Origin: Andalucia godoyi And28
Lineage: Eukaryota > Protista > Jakobida
NCBI GenBank assembly: GCA_009859145.1
Contig: VRVR01000016.1
Coordinates: 279,550-343,549, forward strand
DNA: 64,000 bases
Direction of reading: 5' to 3'
Made by a program: the position numbers and the translations under genes. The notes beneath the pieces are model-generated. The model was not told the origin of the DNA. It saw only the letters and a list, made by a program, of their open reading frames with translations, and did not search any database. This document shows positions 11,265 to 21,400 of this stretch, in pieces; the stretch's first letter is position 1; every line of letters begins with the position of its first letter.

Positions 11265-11627
11265 GGAGCAACGCTTGAAAGGCTTTTTCTCGTTTTTTCC
11301 CCCCTCCAACCTGGTTCACAATGCGCGGAAACGATTTTTGGAGATCCAAGTTTAAAAACGTTTGAACTTAGGTTATGCCTTCTTTAAAACATATAAAACG
11401 GAAAAGAAAATTGAGGAACGTAAATTTATTTTTAAAAAAACAAATCCGGAAATGCTTTGTCGTGAACGCAGAATACTCTCTGCGCGAAAAGTCGAAATCT
11501 CCTGGAGCTCATAAAAATCCTCATAATGAACATAAAATATTAACGATAAAAACGTTGTCTTTCAATTGTTTCTTTTGTTGTTGTTGTTTTTAAAATGTAG
11601 GGAGAAGAAGGAGATGCGATGGAGTGT

Positions 11628-12611
11628 CTATTCGAGCTTGTAATACTCTGGATCCCAGCGATGAAGACGGATGATACCGTCCTCACCACCAGAGGCAAAT
11701 CCGGTATTGTCAGGTGACATTGCCACAGCATTCACTGGACCGAAATGACCTCCGATTGTACCAATTTCTGATGCAACCACTGCGTTAAACAAGTGCATTT
11801 CAAACTTACCAGCCTTGGCAGACGTCGTCGTAACCTGCGACGCTTCCTGACCACCAGCGACAATGATCCTCGTCTTGTCATTACTGATGTCTGCGGAGTT
11901 CAGCGGCTTGTCCACTTCAAACGTACGAATCACCGAAAAGGACTCAGTATCCAACAACTTCGCAGTCTTGTCTGATGATGCAGTCACGAAGCACTGTCGA
12001 TCACGACTTTGGGAACACCGTTTGATGTTCGCGCTGTGAAGATTCATCAGAACTTGTTTTTCCTTTCCAGATTCTACATCAAACTTCCTTACGGATCCGT
12101 CCTCGCAAGCACACACAATTTCCTTGGAAAGCCCGGTGAAGAATCCATGGTTTGCTCGGAATTCGGTGCCACTCGCATCCGAGAGAACTTGCGAAACCAT
12201 GGGTGCACTCTGCTTAATGTCAAAAATCATCAGTCTTGGCTCCTTGTATCCAAATCCAGCAGCAATCGTGAGCGCAAAAAAGGACTGTCCGTCATCTGAC
12301 AGGCCGCATGACACAACAGGACTCTTGGTATCCCAAGTCTTGAGTGCGATTCCATTGGAGACGTCCCAGAACTTCACTTTTCCGTCTGCGCCTCCCGAGA
12401 GCAACCGCGTCGAATGCAAGTCAATGTCAAGGCAGTTGATTGCACCCTGATGACCTTCCGTTCCGCTGTATGTGCCAATGCGCTCGCCAGTTGCCGTATC
12501 CCAAATCGTCGGAATCCGGTCTTTGGCGCAAGAAAAGAGCAAATCTCCTTCTTCATTGTATCGAAGGAATGTGAGAGGTCGCGTATGACCTTGCAGAATA
12601 AGCGGCTTCAT
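11628..12611 (-). CDS. EIF3I: Translation initiation factor eIF3 subunit I (WD40)
   Basis: MKPLILQGHTRPLTFLRYNEEGDLLFSCAKD start; GGQEASQVTTT...GKFE; GHFGPVNAVA...FASGGEDGIIRLH. True start taken as ATG 12611, not the ORF start at 12893. Confidence 0.95.
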   Translation of the reverse strand: MKPLILQGHTRPLTFLRYNEEGDLLFSCAKDRIPTIWDTATGERIGTYSGTEGHQGAINCLDIDLHSTRLLSGGADGKVKFWDVSNGIALKTWDTKSPVVSCGLSDDGQSFFALTIAAGFGYKEPRLMIFDIKQSAPMVSQVLSDASGTEFRANHGFFTGLSKEIVCACEDGSVRKFDVESGKEKQVLMNLHSANIKRCSQSRDRQCFVTASSDKTAKLLDTESFSVIRTFEVDKPLNSADISNDKTRIIVAGGQEASQVTTTSAKAGKFEMHLFNAVVASEIGTIGGHFGPVNAVAMSPDNTGFASGGEDGIIRLHRWDPEYYKLE

Positions 12612-13049
12612 CGAGCGGAGTGAGGGTGAACGAGGAAAATAATGTGAATGCTGGAGAAAAAAACAAAAATGAAAAAATGAAACAAATTCAATCTGCGAAA
12701 ATCCACACAGCCCAATCAGAAAGGGAAGAGAAAATGGAAAGGAGCGAACTGGGAAAGGGCGATTCGAGAGCTGCAAAAACAGCTGGCCAGCAGATTCGAC
12801 AAGATCCGGCGTTGCTTCCTTCAGGCTGTCTGTCCAGGCAGCGGGAGCTTTGAGTTGTCGACTCTCAGACTGACGGGACTCCGTAGTCCGCACCCCTCAG
12901 TCCCGACTCCCGAGTCAGTCTCCTGGCTCTTGCCGCGGTAGAGTTTTCATGCCATCACGATCCCGAGAACGACGAAAACGCACATCGCGTTGGAACGTCG
13001 TGATTTGTGATCTTGGGGATTTTTACTTTTCGGAAGCACTCTCATCTTT

Positions 13050-15716
13050 TCAAGACAAGGCAATCGCGAGTTTCATGATTTCGTATCCAAAGCCGAAGAA
13101 ATCGCGGGTATCCCATGCAACAACTGCAGAATACACTTCATCGTAGATTTCGGAACCATCGACGACAATCTTAACAGCTTCTTCCAGCCACCCAATATAT
13201 CCAGCTCCCAACTTAGAAGCTACTTCCTCGATGATCTGCGCAACCTGCTCCACATGGCAGTCAGAAACACCCTTAGACAGCTCATCAAGACCGTTCGCAA
13301 GATCATGCACTGCAGTGCGAAGAGAGGCATCAGGTCCAAAGAGAGCCTTTGCTGCGCCCTCAAGGTCCGTCCACGACGAAGAGAGATCCGAACCGCATTG
13401 CTTGAGAGAATTTTCGACATTCAGTGCATCCATTGCTCCCTGAACGATGATGCAAAACGGGCTCGAGCAGCCAGTGCTGTTCTGCATCGCCGCAATATCA
13501 AGAAGAAGCTGACCAAGTTGGATACCAGCATTGCGGAAATCACCACTTGCAAAATCTTCCGCTCCTTGATAGAAAACTTTGTAAAGATTTGCGGAGTTCG
13601 ACAAAATCGCTACTGCATCCCCAATGATCTTAACGTTTCCAAGATGGAGAAGCTGTGCCTCATTCTCGAGGATGGTTCCCAGATCCTGAACATCACAGTC
13701 AGAAACTCCATCTGCGAGTTGTTCAAATGCATCTCCCATGGATGCAAGAGCCTGGACATACTGCGAGGATTTCATTTGCGAGAACGCCACAGAGAACTTT
13801 GCCTCGGCTGCATCCAAGTCCGACGAGCACTTGCCCCAATCTTGCGCTGCAATGTTCAACACTTGCAAAATTCCATCAAGAAGAGTGCAAACCGTAGACT
13901 TGCATGACAATGCTCGGAGCTTGGACAGTAAATCACCCACAGCACGTCCAAATGCCACCATGTCGCCCTTCTCCAACGCTGTCGCAATGGTGTAGAAATC
14001 ATCCGCAACCTGCGCTCCGTTGATGAGGATTTGAACATCCTTTCCAATAACAGAGATATCCGCTCCGGCGATCAACTCGGCCTCAGCCTCCAGGAGGGTA
14101 GCAAGAGCATTGAGGTTGCACAACTGGATGGACTTGGCAACATTATCAAGTCCGGTGGCAAAGTCTGCGACACCCTGTTTGTATGAACCTTGGGAAAATT
14201 CCTGAATACCATTCTCCATTCCAGTGAATCCAGCATCGATCCCGGCAGCACAAGGCCCAGAAAGGTCAGCGGACAAAATCTCAAGGGACTGCAGCAATCC
14301 AGAGACAGCTTGGCATCCCTTCGAATTGCCACAGCCAACAGTGGCCAGCGCAGACACGAGATTGGCCAGATCGACAGCCATCTTGGGAAGATTATCCTGT
14401 GAAAGATCTTCAACGACTGCAAAGACCGCAGTTCCCACATCAACATCGTTCACAAGAATCTGAACTTTTTGTCCAAGATCCTGGGGAACAGCAATGTGCA
14501 GCTTCTGCGCCTGCTTAGCAACGATGTCTGCTAATTGAGGAAGATTGCATTGGCCAAGACCAAGTGCAATGTCATCCAAAGCAACCGCCATTGAGGTCAC
14601 AGCATCCGCATACTTCTTGGCTTCCCAGTTGGCAGCAGCAGTCTTGGCAGACGCTACTGCCTGGGAAAGGTCTGCACGGCATGTACCGGCCATATCCTGT
14701 GCGACAACCTTCAATGTCTGCAAAAATCCATCAAGGAGAATGCAAGCAGGATCCGTGGCAACACATGCTGATGTCTCCAGAGTTCCCAACAAAGCCGCAA
14801 TGTCGGCACCGAAACCGTTGAAATTTCCAGAATTCCAGTCCTCAACAGCAGAATACAAATCACTATAGATATCGAGGGATCCAACAACAATGGAAACAGA
14901 CTGTCCAATCCACTGAACATTTGCAACACCCAGAGTCTTTGCCTCGTCCTCAATCAGAGTTGCAAGTCCTTCAATATTGCACGGTCCGGCAGCAACAGCA
15001 ATCTGATCCAGACCGCTAGCCAGGTCCGAGACGGCGGTTTCATACTGCTTATTTTCGAACGCCGCGACTCCAGATTGAATTGTAGACCAAGCTTTGCCAA
15101 GGTTGTCTTTGCATGCACCGAGATCGTTCACAAGAACTCCTGCAATCTTGAGCATTCCGGTCAACAAGTCGCAGGCACCATTCGCACAGGGGGTGGATTG
15201 GGAAATGTCCAGCACAAGAGCTCCCAGATCAGTTCCCATTTGCCCATAGTTCTTTTGAGAAAAATCTTTTGCAATCTGGGAAAGATCGTCAGCAATGTTC
15301 ACGCCGTTGACAAGAACAACTGCCGCATCATGAATCCACTCAACATCCGTATGTCCAATCTTTTGTGCCAGCTTCATGATCCAATCTGCGACTCCCTCTA
15401 CCTTGCAAGCAGACATTGAGGTAGAAAACTCGGCCATTGCTTCAGCAAGGACCCACACTCCCTGCTGCTCCTTTCCTTGCTCGAAGTACTGTGCGGCAGT
15501 TGCAAAGTCCTGGAATGCCTGAGAAGTGTCCCCAATGCACGCTTCAAACTGAGAACCCATTCCAAGGGCTGTCAAGATTCCATCCAAAATCTCACATGCC
15601 GGATTCGTGCAGGAAGAAGCCTGTAACTGGGGTGTGCTGAGCACCGTTGCAGCGGGGACACGAACAGAAAGGCAAATGACTGCCAGCAACACCAAAAGAC
15701 GCGCAGCAAATTTCAT
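13050..15716 (-). CDS. Secreted protein with six tandem ~143 aa alpha-helical repeats, four Cys each; function unknown
   Basis: Signal peptide MKFAARLLVLLAVICLSVRVPA; repeat pattern C-x3-5-C-x-hhxG...C..D...C.h..L...h...A..L...I.V.G..h..D...A...G.h...G..LG.L. Confidence 0.85.
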   Translation of the reverse strand: MKFAARLLVLLAVICLSVRVPAATVLSTPQLQASSCTNPACEILDGILTALGMGSQFEACIGDTSQAFQDFATAAQYFEQGKEQQGVWVLAEAMAEFSTSMSACKVEGVADWIMKLAQKIGHTDVEWIHDAAVVLVNGVNIADDLSQIAKDFSQKNYGQMGTDLGALVLDISQSTPCANGACDLLTGMLKIAGVLVNDLGACKDNLGKAWSTIQSGVAAFENKQYETAVSDLASGLDQIAVAAGPCNIEGLATLIEDEAKTLGVANVQWIGQSVSIVVGSLDIYSDLYSAVEDWNSGNFNGFGADIAALLGTLETSACVATDPACILLDGFLQTLKVVAQDMAGTCRADLSQAVASAKTAAANWEAKKYADAVTSMAVALDDIALGLGQCNLPQLADIVAKQAQKLHIAVPQDLGQKVQILVNDVDVGTAVFAVVEDLSQDNLPKMAVDLANLVSALATVGCGNSKGCQAVSGLLQSLEILSADLSGPCAAGIDAGFTGMENGIQEFSQGSYKQGVADFATGLDNVAKSIQLCNLNALATLLEAEAELIAGADISVIGKDVQILINGAQVADDFYTIATALEKGDMVAFGRAVGDLLSKLRALSCKSTVCTLLDGILQVLNIAAQDWGKCSSDLDAAEAKFSVAFSQMKSSQYVQALASMGDAFEQLADGVSDCDVQDLGTILENEAQLLHLGNVKIIGDAVAILSNSANLYKVFYQGAEDFASGDFRNAGIQLGQLLLDIAAMQNSTGCSSPFCIIVQGAMDALNVENSLKQCGSDLSSSWTDLEGAAKALFGPDASLRTAVHDLANGLDELSKGVSDCHVEQVAQIIEEVASKLGAGYIGWLEEAVKIVVDGSEIYDEVYSAVVAWDTRDFFGFGYEIMKLAIALS

Positions 15717-16114
15717 GTCGCCTGCCAGAAAGATGAAAGTTATAAAAGGGGGGTTTTAAAGGAAAAATAGATAAGAAAGGAAAAGAAGAGGAAAGAGGAG
15801 GAAAAGGAGAAAGGGTGAAAAAGAGAAAAGGAAAGAAAACGACAAAGGTAGAAGAAGAGGAAAAGCCAACTAGAGTTGAAAGAAACACTCGGTTTTCGCG
15901 GGGATTTCTCGTTGAATTTCCCGGCTATTTCCGCCAGTCGGTTGCTACGGACGTTCAAAAGAGCGATACTCCTAGAACATGCTTAGTGCATACAATCCGG
16001 CTATACAAGAAAAGTGCAAGATGGATAGAATAACAATAACTGGGAGAAGAGGGGAGTAGCATTTAAATAAAACAAACAAGAGGAATGGGAAGAAAAAGAA
16101 GAAGAAAAGAAGCT

Positions 16115-17449
16115 CTAAACATCCTGGTCGTCCAGCAAGCGAATTTGGGAGTGCGAACTCCGGCTGGATTCGGGAGTTCGAACAGTCAATGGTTCGACAT
16201 CCGACATCTCGATGCCCTCGGATGGTGCGCCATCGGACAGATCCTCGCCAGCAAGTCGACGAATGGGAAGCATCGGGTTGGCACCTCCCACCTTCTTCCA
16301 TCCTCCCGACTTCGATTGGTTGCCTGCAACAGCTGCGCTTGCTTCGCGATTGGATATACTCGATTTGATATCGACGATAGCACGAACAACTCGAATCTTT
16401 TTGTGCACATCAACGTAGACATCCGTTTCATCGACGATTTCTTCCGCAATAAGTTCTTCAAGCACGTCTTCGAGAGTCACTACGCCAATCAAGTCAAACG
16501 ATTGGAAGACCAAGGCCATGTGGGAACGACCTTGTTGAAACTTGTTCAACAGTTGGTCAAGCGGCATGTGTGAAGGAACATGCAAAGGTTCCCGGAGTGA
16601 CAGTTGACCCACAGTGATGCGATTTGCAGGGTCTCGCGGAAACGCAAGCCCTGCAGACTTGATTAGCGTTTTCACAATCAGCAACCCAGTCACCTTTTTC
16701 CTGTCGCCTTTCTCGTACACGGGAATTCTCGAATGTGCCTTTTCGTACAATTCGTCTAGAAACGACTCATCAAAAACCCGCTCGGCAGACGCCATGAAAA
16801 CGGAATCAACCGGCGTCATTATCTGCGCCGCTGTCTTTTCTCGAAGTTCCAAAGCACCGCGAATGATAGAAACTTCATCGCCCGTTAACTTATTTTCCTG
16901 ACCGTGAAGGCGAACAAGTTCCTTAAACTCCGCTCTTCGAAAGAATCCTGCATGAGACTTTCCAAGAATCATATCGAGCAACTTGGAAAGGGGCCATGAA
17001 ATAGGGAAAGCAAGGACCATAAGAAACCGAACAATCGGAGAGGCATACGCGCCGATTACAAGCCCATACCTTGAACAAACACCCTGCGGAATGACCTCGC
17101 CAAAGAGAAGAACAGCGGTGACCGATATTATGATGGCAAGATATGATGGAACAATTCTATCAAGGGCAAGCGGAAGTGCTTCCATTGCAACAGCGTTCCA
17201 CAACAACAACGTCACGAGCAAAAAATGTTCCTTTTCAACGAGCGGCAATATTCTTCCTGCAAAATATTTTTCTTTTTCTGACCCAGCCGAAACGAGAAGC
17301 TTCAGATTTAGCTTGTCAAGCGACAAGAGTCCGAGAGTAAGACCCGACATTAACCCAGCAAAACAAACCAGGAACATGCAAAGAAAAAACAGGCCCCAGA
17401 AGGCCGGCGATCCTGCCTCCGCGACAGATTCTTCGCAGCTTTCGCTCAT
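16115..17449 (-). CDS. CNNM/CorC family metal (Mg2+) transporter, DUF21 plus CBS pair
   Basis: FAGLMSGLTLGLLSLD, HFLLVTLLLWNAVAMEALP, FGEVIPQGVCSRYGL, GRSHMALV, GVVTLEDVLEELIAEEIVDETD. Confidence 0.92.
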   Translation of the reverse strand: MSESCEESVAEAGSPAFWGLFFLCMFLVCFAGLMSGLTLGLLSLDKLNLKLLVSAGSEKEKYFAGRILPLVEKEHFLLVTLLLWNAVAMEALPLALDRIVPSYLAIIISVTAVLLFGEVIPQGVCSRYGLVIGAYASPIVRFLMVLAFPISWPLSKLLDMILGKSHAGFFRRAEFKELVRLHGQENKLTGDEVSIIRGALELREKTAAQIMTPVDSVFMASAERVFDESFLDELYEKAHSRIPVYEKGDRKKVTGLLIVKTLIKSAGLAFPRDPANRITVGQLSLREPLHVPSHMPLDQLLNKFQQGRSHMALVFQSFDLIGVVTLEDVLEELIAEEIVDETDVYVDVHKKIRVVRAIVDIKSSISNREASAAVAGNQSKSGGWKKVGGANPMLPIRRLAGEDLSDGAPSEGIEMSDVEPLTVRTPESSRSSHSQIRLLDDQDV

Positions 17450-17577
17450 TTAACAAATCCCAAGCAAACAAAAAATAATGCTATTCTTCATTCCGTTTCA
17501 AAAAAAAATAATAAAAAATACATGATTTTTTTCCCTGTTTGTTTTTTCTGATGAAGCAGCAACCCAAAACCCGCATT

Positions 17578-17690
17578 CCTTGTCGGTTTTTTGCCAGGCT
17601 GTCTAGCATCAAGCCGAACAACAGGGAAATCTTGCATCCCGTTGCCGCGAAGGGGATGGGCTCCAACACGCCTCACGGCACTCTTCAGAT
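17578..17690 (-). ncRNA. Putative omegaRNA scaffold of the Fanzor2-derived element
   Basis: Directly 3' of the RuvC-III codons. CAUCCC/GGGAUG stem whose loop CGGCA can pair with upstream UGCCG (pseudoknot); terminal nested stem UG(U)UCGG..UGCUAG/CUGGCA..CCGACA. Expression not shown. Confidence 0.5.
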
Positions 17691-17925
17691 AAATGTTCCG
17701 CGCTCCGTTTCCCAATCTCGATCAATCCGTGAGCCACTTTCTCAGCGTGGCACGTTGTTCCTGAGAAGGGTGCATTTTGATTCTGACGGCCCTAGCAGCA
17801 GCAGGCGCTTTCGTGTCCTCAGTTGCAGCGATTGATGCACCTGGAGATACGAGAGTAGGAAGAGGCGATAGGCGTAGTGACACGCGGTCTCTTAATAGGT
17901 CTGCGGGACCTCGGAGGCCCTGCAT
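17683..17925 (-). pseudogene. Fanzor2/TnpB nuclease remnant
   Basis: 17793-17734 encodes RAVRIKMHPSQEQRATLRKW (HTH_OrfB_IS605-like start of TnpB); 17726-17715 encodes IDRD, and after a 5-nt frameshifting spacer 17709-17683 encodes NGARNIYLK (RuvC-III DRDxNAARNI motif). Confidence 0.75.
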
Positions 17926-18430
17926 CGAGCGGCGTAGGCGTAGGCGAATGCGTCATCCCAGCGCACTCACGCCCATATTTGAATAAAAGAGTGAAACCAA
18001 AAAAAGTGAAACCAACGAATGATAGAATAGATGGCTATGGATGCTGCGCTAAAGAGTGTCGAAAATGCAGAGCCTGTGTCGCAGGCTGAATTCTGGCCGA
18101 GCGTGCGTAAGCACGAATTCCAGTGAAGCAAACGTGCTAGTGTCGGCCAGTATTGACCGTGTCTGTTTATGCATACTTCCATATGCATGACAATGACGCG
18201 TCATTATTAAACGGTTGATGCAAGGGCCTTGGCCATCAGAGCACTGTTGGAAAATAAATAAGCAATAGCAACCAGCTTTTTTTTTTTGGCTGCAGCAAAA
18301 GAAAGAGTTTGTATTTGTTTTGCAGCTTGTCAAATCGCACGTGCACCACACATACGCACACGTACGTACTAGATCGTCCGCCAGTCTCGGTTCATTGGAT
18401 GAATTAGCATCGCCAATAATCGTCATTTGC

Positions 18431-21400
18431 ATGTCTCAACCTCCAAAGCTGCTGATTCCGCCTCCGATCCCCGGGGGAGAACGAGCAAAGTCTCCGCGAA
18501 TTGCGGCGTTGTCTGCACGATTCGAGCAAATCGATTTAGCGAACTCACCTGCTGCGAATCCACGACCGCCGCCTGCTCAGGGTTCTCCAACTTTTGGAAG
18601 CAATCCTTCTTCGTCTGCCTTGGAATCCCCCGTTCACGGAGGCGGCAGCGGCATGAATCGGTTGAGGTCTCCTTCTAGTATTGGTTCAAACCAGAAGTTG
18701 CTCGCAGTGCCGGCACCGCCACGACTTGTTGGTGCCTTGCCTCCGTCGGCTGCGTCAGATGCTGTTGCGGCAGCGACGGCAACGACGTCTCTTGCAGCAG
18801 GCTCTCCCGTTGGGGCTCCTATAGCATCAGCACCTGGCGGCCCCCCTTCATCTGCGTTTGTGTTTTCAGATAGGACGGGCAGTGTATGGTTTCGGTCGTC
18901 ATCCTTGTTCAAGAATTCATGGAAGAGAAGAACAATCCGGTTTTCTGGGGACAATCTGTATGTCTACAGGGATGGAAAAGATTCAGAAGCTGCTGTGGTG
19001 TCCATTCTGCAATGCGATGTGTTTGCACCAGTATCTCCTGTGGTGAACGGACCTCGGGAAGTGTCATCCGGCATGCTGTACTCCATTTGTATAGTTTCTC
19101 CTTTCTGCGACGATGTGACATTTGCCGTGGAATCAGAGCCTGAGAGGGCTTCTTGGTTGCTTTCGTTTTCTCGGACGACGAATCCATCGTTGTTGAGAAG
19201 TCTTGGGCCGTCTTTTTCTTTTCGAGGTTTTTTGAAGCGACAATTAGCTTCAAAACGGATGGCATATCGGTGTGTTGCTGTTACCCATGGCTTTTTCCTA
19301 TTTTTTGTTCCACGTAAGTCCGACCTCGTCTTGAAGTATTCAATTCCTTTGGCTCTTGTGGAGTCTTCTGTCCATGGTTCTTCGCTCACCATTTCTTGTC
19401 CGCGAGATTTCTGCACGGGAGACGAAGACGGAGGGGATAACGTGGCAAAGAAGGAATTTCTTTTCGATGCAGAATGTGATGTTCGAGCCGTCCGCTTGGG
19501 CTCTGTTATTGAGAGCGAACGAGCAAATCTTTTAAGAAGAACAGAGTACACAGGGGCACTGCGCAATGTGCAGTTCAAAGTGTCCGTGCTGACGCAGAAT
19601 CGTTCAGTGCGCGTGCAGGTGGGGACCGGAGAATACACGTTTCCGCTGGCATCTCCTGATCTTTCGATCTTGATTGGCGCGTTAACCTCCCAAGCCCCTG
19701 ACGTGCGACCCAACCCCCCTATTGTCGCCAGTTACATAGGACCAATCGCTCATGCCGTGCTGGACGAGTTCTCAGGAGATCTTCAACACCCTGCCGTGCT
19801 CCGTTTCTTGCAAATCAATTCACTGGCTCGGATCGTCAATTCTGCAGATTTTTCTTATCTTGATGATGTTTTGGCTGCCTTTGACAAGTCAAATCAGAAG
19901 GATCTTATTGAAGCGTGCTCCATTGCACTTCGCGAATCTCGAGCTGCTCTGCTGAGTCGGTTCATTCCGTTGTTGTCTTCGCAGTCCCTTGTTCGAGTTT
20001 TATCTATGCAGCTGAATTCTTCAGATCTGAATGGCATTCTATCCGCATTCAAGGACATTACTGAACCGATCGTTACGGCTCTGGCTATCAACGTTGCTCG
20101 TGGAAATATGCAGAATGTACAGGCATTTTTGCACCGGTTTCCGTCGATAGTCAGTGAGAAAGTTGGCTCTGTTGTTTTGAATTCGGAGGATTCCAGGATC
20201 TGCGCGTCTTCCATTCCAGTGCCTTGCAGCTTGCTGCATGTTGCCGCGTGGGAGAACCACGCAGATCTAACTGCTTTGCTTGTGAGCAAGCATCCAAAAT
20301 CGCTGACTACCTTCGATGGGAAAGGACGGACTGTTTTATTCAGTGCAGTGCGAAATGCCCAGCAGGACTCTGTACTCGTATTGTTGAAAACGTCTCACGT
20401 TCGGACGGAAGACCTTCACCTGGGATCGAACCCGCTGTTGCACTACGCGGTTGCATTTAACTGCCCAAAAGTGGTAGACTTTCTTGCCGCGAAGAATATT
20501 AACAATATGCTGACATTGAAAGATGCGAATGGATTGCTCCCGTACGATGTTGGCATCCACAGTGGAACAACTGACTGTTTACGTGTTCTTTTGCAGTACT
20601 CTCCTCTGACGCGCCAGCTGCTGACAACTTTGTTGTCGGAAGATCGATTTGGCGTGCTCATTGAAAGAGTTGTTGAGAATATAGAGAAGTTCAAGAATGT
20701 AGCAGAGGCGTTTGAGGCCATTCTTGGCATCGGACGGGTGGAACCTTTGCGAAAGTTCATTTCAAAGTTTTACCGAGTTCCTGTCCTCTGCGGGGATGTT
20801 TTGTTTTCTGTTCCGCAAACTGCCGTTATTTCCCTTTTGAATACGGCAGTAGCGTCGCAGATGGAAATCGAGGAAACGCTTGATTTTCTGTCTTCATATG
20901 TGGACTTGGATGTGGTCTCCGCGGAAGGGCTCACTGCATTGCATGTCGCACTTTCTAAACAGTATCTCGGCTGTGTGAAATTACTTCTGTCCAGAGGTGC
21001 GTGCGCTACGATATGCGAGCCCTCGTATGGTTGCTCTGCTCTTCACACTGCTGTTCTGCTGCAGAACACGGATGCAATTTCTCTGTTGCTGTCATCGGAG
21101 CATTGCGACCCAAACCAGCGAACGTTTGAGAAGATGATTCTGAATCCCGCGGATGAAGATATGCTCGTGTCCTTGGGTCCGGTGACCGATCGGCCAGGAA
21201 AAACGCCGCTGAACATGTCATTCTCTGTTCGAGACTATCCGACAATGTCTTTACTTTTAGAAAGAGGCGCTGTCCCGCATTTTGCTGGCATTTTGCACAA
21301 TTGTGTTGAAAAGGGAGACTTGAAAGCTGTTGAGTTGCTGGTCAGGTATGGTGCAAATGTGCGTGCGTTGGCATCGGGTGGCCCAAAAGACAAGATGTCT

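Larger units (their letters stand above)
17578..18211 (-). mobile_element. Non-autonomous, internally deleted TnpB/Fanzor2-derived element (~635 bp)
   Basis: Fanzor2/TnpB N- and C-terminal motifs joined directly; ~200 bp left end repeated at 63345-63511 with homology ending at TATTAAA in both copies; right-end motif echoed at 46271-46310; no target-site duplication seen. Confidence 0.75.

Noticed and set aside
12612-12893. 94 aa N-terminal extension of eIF3i suggested by the ORF track
   Set aside because: Starts at a non-ATG codon, crosses T-rich noncoding-like sequence, and orthologs start at MKP
15940-16035. Short 8-9 nt matches (GCTACGGA, GCGATACTC, GATAGAATA) to the element's left end
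   Set aside because: Out of order and short enough to be chance
17925-17976. MGVSALG read as the start of an IS607 serine recombinase (GVS..TLR.W)
   Set aside because: Stop after seven codons and no resolvase catalytic motif follows
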